Both the position numbers and the translations under genes were made by a program. Below the pieces are notes generated by a model. That model was not told the origin of the DNA and did no database searches. It worked only from the letters and a program-made list of their open reading frames with translations. DNA of 64,000 nucleotides from Malacoraja senta (taxonomy: Eukaryota): assembly GCA_038087875.1 (NCBI GenBank), contig JAXLNO010000270.1, positions 124,001 through 188,000 of the forward strand. The letters run 5' to 3'. Shown one piece after another: positions 38,903 through 51,794 of the stretch. The stretch's first letter is position 1; the number at the start of each line of letters is the position of its first letter.

Positions 38903-41900
38903 ATGCAAGACGATAGGCAAATAAAGAATGGAGGAATCACATTGTGTAGTTGGAATATAAGGGGTGCCAATGAACCAATAAAGAGGGGTAAAATTTTTGC
39001 TCACCTAAAATCTTTGAAAAGCGACATAATTTACTTGCAAGAAACTCACATGAAACAAGATACACAAATGAGATTAAAGGCGAAGTGGATAGGCCAAACA
39101 TATTATTCGTCATTTCTAAATCTAGAGGTACGGCTATTCTTATTCGAAAAGGTATAGCGTTCAAATTAAAGAATACTATATCAGATAAAGAGGGAAGGTA
39201 TATCATAGTTTCGGGAGAAATTTATGCTAACTATGGTAAATATTTACGCTCCGAATTTTGATAACCCTACATTCTTTGAGAAAATTATAGATATAATACT
39301 GGAGTTTAATTATCAAAATGTCATAATAGGAGGGGATTTCAACTGTGTTTTAGATCCATACTTAGACAAATCAGCAAAACAAAGAAGGAGTAATATAAAA
39401 TCTAAGACTAGTGAATTTCTAAATACATATATAAAAAATACTAACATAACAGATGTATGGAGATCTGCTAACCCAGCAGGAAGGGAATACTCGTTTTACT
39501 CTTCGGTACATAAAACATACTCGAGAATTGATTATTTTTTAGTGGATAGGAAATTAATGCCATATATAATTAACCCAACATACCATATTAGTAGTATTTC
39601 TGATCACTCTCCGTTGACTTTTTTAGTAAAATTTGAAGGAATGCCGGGAAAGAATTTTTTTTGGAGGTTTAATACATATATATTAAATGACTTACAGGGT
39701 TATCAATATTTGAAACAACAAATGATATCATTTTTTGAGATAAATGATACACCAGGTACCTCACCTTCTTTAATATGGGAAACTTTTAAAGCATTTATTA
39801 GAGGAATTATAATTTCATATGAAATTTTTCAAAATAAGAAGAATAAAACAGAACAGATGCTGTTAGAACAAGAAATAAGACAGTTAGAGTTAGATAATGC
39901 TAAAGATCCCACTATAGATAATCATAATAAGATAATATTACTGAAATTTAAACTTAACCGAATTCTCTCGGCAAGAGTAATAAGATTATTCCAAATTACA
40001 AAACAGGAACATTTTGAGTTTGGTGACAAACCACATAAGCTGTTGGCGCGTCAACTGAAAAAACAGGAAAAGGAAAATACTATAAATAAAATTAAATCCG
40101 AGAATGGTGAATTACTAACACTACCTAAAGATATTAATAAAAGATTTGCTCAATTTTATCAAAATTTATACACATCAAAAACCAAAACAGAAGATAGTAA
40201 AATTACAAACTTTTTAGATAAATGTAATCTACCAAAACTTGACCTTTTGGAACAAGAAGAACTAGGAGCGCAAATTACAATCGAAGAAATAGGTGAAACA
40301 ATAAAATCGTTGAAAAATGGTAAGACACCGGGACCAGATGGTTTTAGTAACGAATTTTATAAAAAGTTTCATGAGATAACGACCCCCTATCTATTTAATT
40401 TATATACTTACGTTTTTAAAGAAAATAAATTACCTGAAACATTAGCAGAATCAACTATTACGCTTATTCCAAAGAAAGATAAAGATCTAGAGGAACCGGG
40501 CTCATATAGAGCTATATCACTTTTAAATACAGACCAGAAAATTCTAGCAAAGACTTTAGCTAGAAGACTAAGCAAATATATTAGTAAATTGATAAACCCT
40601 GATCAAACGGGGTTTATACCCAAAAGATATTCATTTAATAATTTGAGACGCCTGTTTAATATAATGTACTCACATAAAGTGGAGGAAGAAGACTTAGCAA
40701 TTATTTCTTTGGACGCAGAGAAAAGCATTTGATCAGGTAGAATGGCAGTATTTATACAAAGTATTACAAACATTTAATATGGGAGAGAATTTTATTGCAT
40801 GGGTGAAATTATTATATGATAAACCGATGGCAAGAATATTAACTAACAGCATGTTATCTCAACAATTTCAATTATCAAGGGGTAATAGGCAGGGATATGC
40901 TTTATCACCCCTGCTATTTGCCCTTATGATAGAACGTCTGGCTGAAAGTATAAGAAGCCATCCGAATATTCAGGGTTATAATACTAGGGACTCAAATAAT
41001 AAAATTTCATTGTATGCAGACGATATTTTGTTATATACAACAAATTCACAAACGAGCATACCAAATTTATTAAATTTAATAGAGGAATTTGGGTCCTTTT
41101 CTGGATATAGAATAAACTGGAACAAAAGTGAAATCATGACGTTAAAACCTCAAGAACCTACACACTTATTGAAATTCCCCTTTAAAATAGCAACAGAAAA
41201 ATTCAAATATTTGGGTATTCAGATTACTAGAAAACATAAAGCTTTATTCAATGACAATTTTATACCCTTAATAAATAAACTTAATATAATGATAAAATTT
41301 TGGAAAACACTCCCTTTAACATTAATAGGCAGAATAAATGCTATTAAAATGAGCTTCCTACCACAGTTATTATACCTATTTCAATCTATACCAGTATATG
41401 TACCAAATTTATTTTTTTCTAAACTGAACGCTAATATCACTAATTTTGTTTGGGATTATAAATCACATAGAATTAAAAAAGAACACTTATGTAAACCAAA
41501 AGATGTCGGGGGACTTTCACTTCCAAATTTTTTGTATTACTATTGGGCAATACATATTAAGAATATAATTTACTGGTTGGATAGTTCAACTCAACAGACA
41601 GAATGGATAAAAATGGAGAAAGAGGATTGTTATCCTTGTAATATAGGAACAATCCTCTTCTCCCCGAAAAAAATGAACAATACAATATATAAGAAAAACC
41701 CAATTATACAAGATACAATATGAATATGGAAACAAATAAAATTATCCTTAAAATTAAGAAACCTATCATTGTTAACACCGATAGCGAATAATCCTTTATT
41801 TAAACCATCTATGGTGGATAAAATATATAATCAATGGGAAAGTTTAGGAATTAAAAGGATCGGAGACATGTATGAAATGGGAGATTTATTATCATTTCAA

Positions 41901-42701
41901 CAATTACAATTAAAATTTAAACTGAAAAACACTCATTATTTTAAATATTTTCAGATTTGTAATTTTTTGAAGACATACATACAGGGATATCAAAAAATAA
42001 CTCCTGATTTACTAGAAGAAGTAATGAATATAAAAGCTGATACACAAAAATTAATATCATATTTATATAATAGTATCTTAAATATAGATTTACCTGTGAC
42101 CGAGGTAATTAGAGAAGAGTGGGAACGGGAATTATTGATAAAAATTACGAAGGCTACATGGGAAAAGTATTTGACATACATTCACAAGTGTTCGATTAAC
42201 GCAAGAAATAATCTAATCCAATTTAAAATTTTACATAGATTATATTACTCAAAAACAAGATTAAATAATTTTTATCCAAATATATCGCCCATTTGCGATA
42301 AATGTTTAACCCAAGACGCAACTATAACACACTCTTTTGTTTCATGTATAAAACTTCATGGATTTTGGAGTGATATTTTCGAAATATTTACAAAATTATT
42401 TAAGACAAAAATGGAACCCAATAACGAATTGATTATATTTGCGGTAATGGAAGACGGGAACAAATTGAGCTCATCTCAAAAGTCAATTTTTAATTATGGT
42501 TTAACAATAGCAAAAAAATTAATATTGAAATTTTGGAAAAATACACCAATACCAACGCTCAAAATGTGGATTGCAAGTATGTTGGATACCGCACATCTTG
42601 AGGAAATGCGATTCCTCCTAATAGATAAATTTGACCAATTCATAACGAGTTGGTCTCCATTTGTCGTCTTTTTGGAAACATATGGTGCAACACAGGTGTA
42701 A
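38903..42701 (+). pseudogene. L1 ORF2 (APE endonuclease, RT, C-terminal CCHC), disrupted
   Basis: SWNIRG, LQETH, NIYAPN, GGDFN, SRIDY, SDH, PGPDG, QTGF, LDAEK, RQG, LYADD, CDKC..H....C; frameshifts near 39110, 39225 and 40725, TGA at 41721. Confidence 0.93.
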
Positions 42702-45412
42702 AAGCTAATCCGTGACTGGGGATGGTCAAGATTATAAATGATCTCCTTACTTCTATTTTCTTTTCTTCTCTTTTCTTCTTTTATTCTCTTTCTTCTATTT
42801 TCTATGTCTCAACTTTCTTTTTTCACTCTCTATTTTTCTTTTTCACACACTATATATCTCACATTTTTCTATTTTTCATTATCTAACTTTTTTATTTTTC
42901 TTCTTTATTACAAAAAATTTTTTTAAATAAGAAGCTGTACATAAAAGGTATTATGAAAATATAATTGTATACAATTGTACTTACTTCTAATAAAATTAAA
43001 ATATATATTTTTTTAAATTAAAAAAAAGAACCCTTTTTAAACAACGGAACAACATGCGCAGTACACCAATCCTCCGGCACTATCCCGTTTCTAATGACAT
43101 TTGAAATATTTCTGTCATAGCCCCTGCTATTTCTACACTAACTTCCCTCAATGTCCCAGGGAATATCCTGTCAGGACCTGGAGACTTATCCGTTTGCATA
43201 TATTTCAAAAGTGTCCGCACCTCCTCTTCTTTGAATCTCATAGTTTCCATTGCTACTCTGATGTTTCCCTTACCTCACATAATTCCATATCCTTCTCCTT
43301 GGTGAATACCGAAGAAAAGACATTGTTCAATATCTCCCCCATCTCTTTTGGCTCTGCAGATAGCTGTCCACTCTGACTCTCTAATGGACAAATTTTATCC
43401 CTTTTTATCCTTTTTCTATTAATATAGCTGTAGAACCCCTTTGGATTTACTTTCACCTTACTTGCCAAAGCAACCTCATATCTTCTTTTAGCTTTTCTAA
43501 TTTATTTCTTAATATTCTTTTTACATTCTTTATACTCCTCAAGCACCTCATTTACTCCATGCTGCCTATAATTATTGTAGATCTCTCTCTTTTTCCGAAC
43601 CAATTGTCCAATTCCCTTGAAAACCATGGCTCTTTCCAATTTTTACTATTTCCTTTCAACCGAACAGGGACATAAAGATTCTGTCCTCTTAAAATGTCAT
43701 CTTTAAATGTCCTCCATTTCTCTTCTACATCCTTCCCATAAAACAACATGTCCCAATTCACTCCTTTTAAATCCTTTCGCATCTCCTCAAAGTTAGCCTT
43801 TCTCCAATCAAAAATCTCAACCCGAGACCCTCTCCACAATTATATTGTTCTGACCCTCTCCATAATCATACTGAAACCAATGGTATTGTGATCACTGGAC
43901 CCGAATTGCTCCCCAACGCATACCTCCGCCACCTGCCCTGTCTCATTTCCTAACAGGAGGTCCGGCACTGTCCCTTCTCTAGTAGGTACCTCTATGTATT
44001 GCTGCAAAAAACTATCCTGCACACTATTTACAAACTCCAAACCATCCAGCCCATTTACAGAATGTGTTCCCAGTCTATGTGTGGAAAATTTAAATCTCCC
44101 ACAATCACTACCTTGTGCTTACTACTGATATCTGCTATCTCCTTACATATTTGCTCTTCCAATTCTCGATCCCCATTTGGCGGTCTATTATACACCCCTA
44201 TAACTGTTGCTACACCTTTCCCATTTCTCAGTTCCACCGAAAAAGCCTCCCTAGACGTGCCCTCTAATCTATCCTGCCAAAGCACTGCTGTAATATCTTC
44301 CTTGACAAGCAATACATCACCCCCACCTCTTGCCCCTCCAATTCTATCACCCCTGAAGCAACAAAATCCTGGAATATTTAGTTTCCAATCTCAGCCCTCC
44401 TGCAACCATGTTTCACTGATCGCCACAACATCATACTTCCAGGTGTCAATCCAGGCTCTAAGCTCATCCACCTTTCTTACAATGCTCCTAGCATTAAAAT
44501 ATACAAATTTAATAAACCCACCACCATTTATTCTCTGTGTATTATCTTTTTCTTCTTTCTCCCCTACATTTTGGGTCCGAGTGTTTCCCTTTTCTGCCTC
44601 CTGCCTCCCTCATTTTCTACCAGCTTTCTCTATTAGGATCCCTCCCCTCAACCGTTCTAGTTTAAAGTCTCCCCAGTAGCCTTTGCAAATCTCCCCGCCA
44701 GGATATTGGTCCCCCTCGGGTTCAAGTGCAACCCGTCCTTTCTGTACAGGTCACACCTTCCCCAAAAGATGTCCCGAAGATCCAGAAATTGAATCCCTGC
44801 CCGCTGCATCAGTTCCTCAGCCACCCAGATACTTTCCCCTGCAAACGCAGATGATGCAACACGTGTCCCATTACCTCCTCCCTCGACTCCATCCAAGGAC
44901 GCACGCAGTCTTTCCAGTTGAGGCAGAGGTTCACTTGCACTTCCTCCAACCTCATCTACTGTATCCGCTGTTCCAGGTGACAACTTCTCTACATCGCCGA
45001 AACCATGCGCCGGCTCGGCGATCATTTCGCTGAACACCTCCGCTCAGTCAGTCTTCAACTCCCGCTTCAACTCCCCCTCCCATTTCCAAACTGACCTCTC
45101 TGTCCTGGACCTCCTCCATTGTCAAATTGGAGGAACAGCATCTCATATTTCATTTGGGTCGTTTACACCGCAGCGGAATGAACATTGACTGCTCTAACTT
45201 CATATAGTCCTTGCTTTCTCTTTCCATCTCCTTCCCCTTCCCAGTTCTCACACTTCTTACTGTCTCCACCTACATTATAACGTTGTCCCTCACCCTCCCC
45301 TGACTTCTCGACCCGAAACGTAACTCATTGCTTCTCTCCAAAGATGCAGCCTCTCCCGTTGATTTACTCCAGCATTTTGTGTCTACCTTTAAAACAATCT
45401 TATTTCTTTCAG

Positions 45413-46287
45413 TTAATTTATTGGCTGTTGTGATCCTGTGCCGCGGAAATTGTGGCCTCTCCAAATGCGTTACCCGCTACCTGGTGGCTATGGCAGCAGT
45501 TGATTTAATGGTGGTTGTAGTTAATGTTGTACTGGAGCAGATAAACTATATATATATGTATGCTGAGTTCTTGATTACTACTCCAACTTGCGCTGTGATA
45601 ATCGCCCTGCGAGTCGCAACCACGAGCTGTTCCGTTTGGTTCACGGTCGCGTTTACATTCGATCGATACATCGGTATCTGCTGCCAGAAGCTGCGGAACC
45701 AATATTGTCGCGGGAGAATAGCGACTGCGGTGATAATAACAGTGGTGGTAATGAGTTGTGCAAAGGGTATTCCATATTACTTTGCAGTCGATCCAAGTCG
45801 TTGCATCGTGACAATTGAATTTCATACGTCACCTCAATGGAAAGCCTATACGTTGTTTAATAATATCATGACTCCATTATTACCGTTCGGTACAATTGTA
45901 CTGCTTAATGTTTTAACAGTTAGACATGTTATAACGGCAAATAACCTCCGCCAGAGACTCAGGAACAGTCGTGGTGATCAGAAAGACTCAGAGGCACAGA
46001 ACCGGAGAAAGTCAATGATATTGCTCTTCGCTCTATCAGCCAATTTCATATTATTGTGGATACCCAAAGTTGTGTATGCTGTGAACCGGCAAGTATCAAA
46101 CTATGCCTACCAGGACAAGTATTTCAGCAGTCCTATATATATTCTACAAGTGTCCGGATTTATGATGCAGTTGCTCAGTACCTGTACCAACTCCTGTATC
46201 TATGGACTGACGATGCGAAGATTCAGAGAGGAATTGAAGAGCGGAGTCAAGTGTGTGTTTACCTTAAACGGACTGCTCTGCAAATAA
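45413..46287 (+). CDS. GPR139/GPR142-like GPCR copy 2, coding exon 2 (intact; 314 aa with exon 1)
   Basis: Pyrimidine tract + AG at 45411-45412; hydrophobic TM segments; YLVAMAAVD (TM2), SVWFTVAFTFDRY (TM3), IPYY (TM4), LLP (TM5), FILLWIP (TM6), TNSCIY (NPxxY variant), helix 8 RRFREEL. Confidence 0.93.
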
Positions 46288-49200
46288 TCAGGACAAGCAA
46301 TTGTAAGTTCGTTGAGCTTGTAAATAAATGTCCAGAAAATACTAAATGTCTATTTGTTCCACGAAGATGACTCAAGTATTTTTCTTGCACTAATATTCTA
46401 ATTGATTAGGTTTAATCCGGAGGAAAGGGTCGGCGCAGTGGGCACGACCCAGTTGTGCTAAATCAATTCATTGTTGCTTTGTGATATATCAATGGATAGA
46501 GTACTTAACGCCGATTACATGGTTTCGCGGTCGGATTCATGACCCGTGTCTAAATAAACTATGTTTGGCGTCATCTCGTGTTCTGGGTCTAACACCTCCC
46601 ATTGTATCATTGTAACTTTTTTTGCATATCTTTCATTCATGTGTTCTATATCACTTTACATTTTCACGTATATATCTCGGTCTCTATGAGGTGATTATCA
46701 GTTTGAAGACGAATCTCGACCCCAAATGTCATGCATTCCTTCTCTCCAGATAAGCTGCCTGTCCCGTTGCGTTCCTCCAGCATTGAGTGTCTATCTTCGG
46801 TTTAAATCAGCATCTGCAGTTTCATCCTGCACATTTCGTCACACCGAAGGTCCAGGAAGTGAGAAGGTGGGTGCCCATGGTCAGAAACAGGAAGTGCAGG
46901 TGACTTCACTGGCCATCCTACTTCAAATCAAATACACACTTTAGAGTGCTGACGTGGGGGGGACCTCACGTCAAAGTTGAGCAGCTGTGGCAGGAAGTAC
47001 TGTTACAGAAACTCTGCCACTGAGGCTCAGCAGGTAATGGCTACGTCAAGCAGAGCCACAATTGTAGATGACTACATAATTCGAGGTGCAGACAGGGGTT
47101 GATGTGGCAGCAATCGAGACTGAAGGATTGTGTGTTGCTTCCCTACTGCCAGGGTTCATGGCGTCTCGGATCGGCTTCATGACATCCTCTGGAGGGAGGG
47201 GAAGCAGCGGTAAGTCGTTGTGCATATTGTCACAAATTACGTAGGTGGGAAATGGAAGTACATTCTGCAACATGAGTATAGGGAGTTGGGTAAAAAATTA
47301 AAAAAAAACATGACTCCGAGTGTCGTGATCTTTGGAGCGGTTCCAGCGCCACGTGGTAGTGAGGATAGGAACAGGAAGATACATGAGTTGAATCTGGGCG
47401 GAGAGGTTGGTGCAGAGGCAGAGATTTCTAGATCATTGTGATCACTTCTGGGGATGAGGTGGCCTTTCCAAGAACGATGGCTTACATGTTAGCTTGAGAG
47501 GATTGAATATCCAGGCATGCATGATCCATCGTGCTGCACGTGTGGGTTTCAATTAGATTGACAGGGCGGTGGGATCTCATCCGATAACGAGGCATATGAG
47601 AGTCAGGACGTTGGTATGGAGGGTGGGGAAAGGAAGTCAGTCAGCGAGAAGTGGCTGTTCGTTTAAATTATGCTAATTATAATGCAACAGGCCTGATGGG
47701 TAAGAAAGATGAACTTAGGGCCTGGCTAGGTGCGTGCGACTGGGACGTTGCGCCTATTATATAAACCTAGGTAATAGATGGTATGATTGGAAGCTCAATG
47801 TTCCAGGGTCCAGGTGCTTCGGGAGAGACAAAGTTGTCGGTAAAAGTGGAGGGTTGTTCCGTTATTGGTTTAGGACGGGATCACAGCAGTGGACAAAGTT
47901 GACTTTACGGACGGTTCGTTCATCTGACCGTGGAGCAGACGAACAAGAAAGGGATGATTACCTTTTTTGGAGCGTTTTATAGGCCGGCAAGTTGTCAACG
48001 GGAATTAAAATACCAAATACCAAATTAAAATACCCTCGCTCAGCAGCAGCAGCAGCAAAGACTCATGTGTGAGAGACTCCCAAACGCACATGTATGTTAA
48101 AATTATCTTGCTTATAAAGTAACCGTTTGATCACGAATTTTGAACTCGCTACACAGGCATGATTGAATGTCGGAGTGGACTCGATGGACCTAATGGCCTA
48201 ATTCTGCTGCTATCACTTGTGATCTTATGACGTTATAACACACTTTGGAGTTGTACTGATGGAGTGCACACTATGGTGGTACGAATGGAGAGATATACTG
48301 TGGTATGGGCCTGACGGAGTGAAACACTGTGGAATGCATCTGCGTGGTGTAGAACTAATAGAGTGCCATACTGAAGGGTAATACAGATAGAATTATCATC
48401 TGTGGGGTAGTACTGAAGGAGAGACACACCGCAATACAATACAATACAATATAATACAATACAATAATCTAATACTTTATTATCTAAGTGCGTTTTGCAA
48501 CATTTGCCAAGTAACTCATACAAATAAAAAGCAAGGAACACACAAATTACATTTTTACATAAATGTCCACCAAAGGGATTCATCCCCATTCCTCACTGTG
48601 ATGAGAGGCGAAAAATAAGTTCAATTTCTTCCAGTCTTTGTTCTCCCGTGTTCGGGGGCCACGAGCCTTCCGTTGGCGGGACGATCTTGACTCCTGTAAC
48701 GGCGGTGTTTGGGCCCTCCGCATCGGGGCGATAAGTTACCGCATCAGGGCGATGTCAGCTCCCCAGCGCCGACGATCGGACCCCTAGTCGGGGCTGATCG
48801 AACTTCTGCGTCGTTGGAGCACCCGACTAGGCCACTCCCGATTCTGCGAGCTCTCGATGGCAAAGTCCGCAGATCGCGATTGGAGCGATCTCAGACAAGG
48901 GAGCAGCTACGATGGAAAGTCTACGCCCCAAGGTGGTACTCAAAGTTAGTCCGGTGAGGCCTCCAGCTTCATCGATGTTAGGCCGCAGAGCGACCGGGGA
49001 GACGACTCGAAATCCAATCGCATCTCCGGCAAGGTATTGAAAAACGTTTCCCCTGACCTCCCCCCCCCCAACCCCCCCCCCCCCCCCCCCGCATAAAACA
49101 AACAAGATAACATACACACAAACATTTAAAACACTAAAAATAACAAAATAAAGTCGAACAACAGGCAGACTGTTGGCGGGGCTGCCAATCTGGCGGTGCA

Positions 49201-51724
49201 CTATGGGGTGTTACTGATTGTGTGCACAATTTGGAAAATTATTGTGTGGTGAATACACACTGTGGGGCAGTACTGATGGAGAGACACTCTGCGGAAGAAT
49301 AATGTCTCTCTTTGGAACACATGCGATCAAACCTACCATGCGGAACCTTACAAACAGAAACGTAGAACATATGTGCAGGAGGAGGCCATTCGGCCCTTCG
49401 AGCCAGCACCGCCATGCATTGTGATCATGGCTGATCGTCCACTATCAATAACCCGTGCCTGCCTTCTCCCCATATTCCTTGACTCCACTAGCCCATAGAG
49501 CTCTATTTAACTCTCTCTTAAATCCATCCTGTGATTTGGCCTCCACTGTCCTCTGTGGCAGGGAATTCCATAAATTCACAACTCTCTGGGTGAAAAACGT
49601 TTTTTCTCACCTCAGTCTTAAATGACCTCCCCTTTATTCTAAGTCTGTGGGCCCTGGTTCTGGATTCGCCCAACATTGGGAACATTTTTCCTGCATCTAG
49701 CTTGTCCTGTCCTTTTATAATTTTATATGTTTCTATAAGACATCCCTTCAGCCTTCTAAACTCTAGTGAATACAAGCCTAGTCTTTTCAATCTTTCCTCA
49801 TATGACAGTCCCGCCATCCCAAGGATCAATCTCGTGAACCCACCCTGCACTGCCTCAATCACAAGGATGTCCTTCCTCAAATTGGGATACCAAAACTGTA
49901 CACAATACTCCAGATGTGGTCTCACCAGAGCCCTATACAACTGCAGAAGAACCGCTTTACTCCTATACTGAAATCCTCTTGTTTTGAAGGCCAACATTAC
50001 ATTAGTTTTCTTCACTGCCTGCTGTACCTGCACGCAGTGGCAAATCCGCAGATCGCAATTGGAGCGATCTCAGACAAGGGAGCAGTGACCCAGGTCTCGC
50101 TGTACCTCCCCCTTACCTAACCTAACCCCATTGAGATTATAATCTGCCACCTTGTTTTTGCCGCCAAAGTGGATAACCTCACATTGATCTATATTATACT
50201 GCATCTGCCACGCATCTGCCCACTCACTCAACCTGCCCAGGTCACCCTGCAACCTCCTAACATCCTCTTCGTAGTTCACACTGCCACCCAGCTTTGTGTC
50301 ACCGCAAACTTGCTAGTGTTGCTCCTAATTCCCTCTTCTAAATCATTAATATAATTGTAAACAGTTGCGGCCCCAACACCGAGCATTGCGGCACTCCACT
50401 AGCCTCTGCCTGCCATTCTGAAAAGGACCCGTTCACTCCTAATCTTTGCACCTGTCTCCCAACCAATGTTCTATCCATGTCACCATCATATCCCCAATGC
50501 CATGTGCTCTAATTTTAGACACAAGTCTCTTGTCGTTAGCCTCACTGAAATCCATGTATACAATATCGACAAGTCACTTCTCAACGACTGTTTAGTCACC
50601 TTTGCAAAAAACTCAATCAGACTTCCGAGACACTACCTTCCCCGTACAAAACCATGCTGACTATACCTAATCAACCCTTGCTTATCCAAATGCCTGTATA
50701 TCCAAATAACTGTAGAAAAGGTTGCTTATCGGGCTGGTGGCCTGCGACTAGTGGTGTGCCTCAGGGTTCGTTGCTGAGCCCGTTACTGTATGTCATCTAC
50801 CCCGCTGACTCTGCCATATCCTTATTCCTGCTCAATATACCAGTCCAATTGTTACCTTTAAATTGCCTTTATTGCCTGAAATTACCTTTATTGTATCGAG
50901 CTTGTCAGCGTCACTGCCTTATCAATATTTGGAGTGATCATTCTAATGACAATTAATGGCAGGACGCAATAAAGTGACTGAGCAAAATATATTGTAATAA
51001 GCCGTCAATATGCAAGAGTCACTTGGAGAATGGGGGAAAAGCTGAAAACGACTCACGAACGTGGATAGCCCATACATCCGCCAGTGACATATCCAGCAGC
51101 AAACCGCATATTTATGCACCCCTAAAGTCACTTTCTGACACATTTCTATGTGCTGCAATTAGTGTTAAAATTGATCGGTGACCGAGAACCAACGAACCGA
51201 CGCAAAACCACAGCGCAGTGATGATGTACTATCTACCTCTTTGATCACCTAGGTCGGACTTTGCTGGCTTTACCTTGCACTAAACGTTATTCATTTATAA
51301 TATAGTCCCTTATCACAGTGAATGGATCGATTGTAATCATGTGCTGTCTTTCTGATGACTGGTTAGCACGTAAGAAAATAAACTAAAACTAAATAAACTA
51401 AACTAAACTAATCTAAACACATTTTTGAAAACAGTTTAACCTTCATGACACAACACTAAACTTTCAACCTACTGCGTTGGAAACCTTTCAAGACAACATT
51501 ATAACTAATTGCATGTAATATCCTCGGTGAACTAAACATATTACACATGCACAATGTGTAAAACTAGTTTTTCCTAAGTGTTTGTTCAATGGCCTGTGGC
51601 TAACGTAACTCTGGAGGGTACCAATTAGCTCAGTGGACGTTCCGTGGTGTATAATAACACGTTGATCTGGTGCATGTCGCTACTTGGAACGCTTCGTACG
51701 ACTGGTCGCTGCTTCAGGTAGAAA

Positions 51725-51794
51725 ATGGAGTATCCAGCGATTTTCCACGTTGCAAGAAATTACTATCCTGTACTTGCAGCGATCGGCATTCCTG
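51725..51794 (+). CDS. GPR139/GPR142-like GPCR copy 3, coding exon 1
   Basis: Same 70-nt exon as 29449-29518; GTAAG donor at 51795. Confidence 0.88.

Larger units (their letters stand above)
36706..43026 (+). mobile_element. Full-length L1-clade LINE (about 6.3 kb)
   Basis: 15-bp TSD AGAACCCTTTTTAAA (36691-36705 / 43027-43041); TT|AGAA target; 5' GACTTCCGG; ORF1, about 1-kb spacer, ORF2; AATAAA and A tail. Confidence 0.97.
35269..44822 (-). mobile_element. Young CR1 LINE inserted in the intronic Penelope element, itself split by an L1
   Basis: Same family as 24198-27483 (ATATGGTT tail, APE/RT motifs, DGLHLNPRG); Penelope sequence resumes at 44823 as at about 12418. Confidence 0.93.
14193..46604 (+). 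repeat. Segmental duplication unit B (expanded by many young TE insertions)
   Basis: Same order of blocks as units A and C, plus unit-specific insertions with TSDs. Confidence 0.9.

Noticed and set aside
45328..45412. N-terminal extension of the 319-aa ORF
   Set aside because: Intronic Penelope sequence that happens to be in frame, with a non-ATG start; not open in the other copies. The true N-terminus is exon 1.
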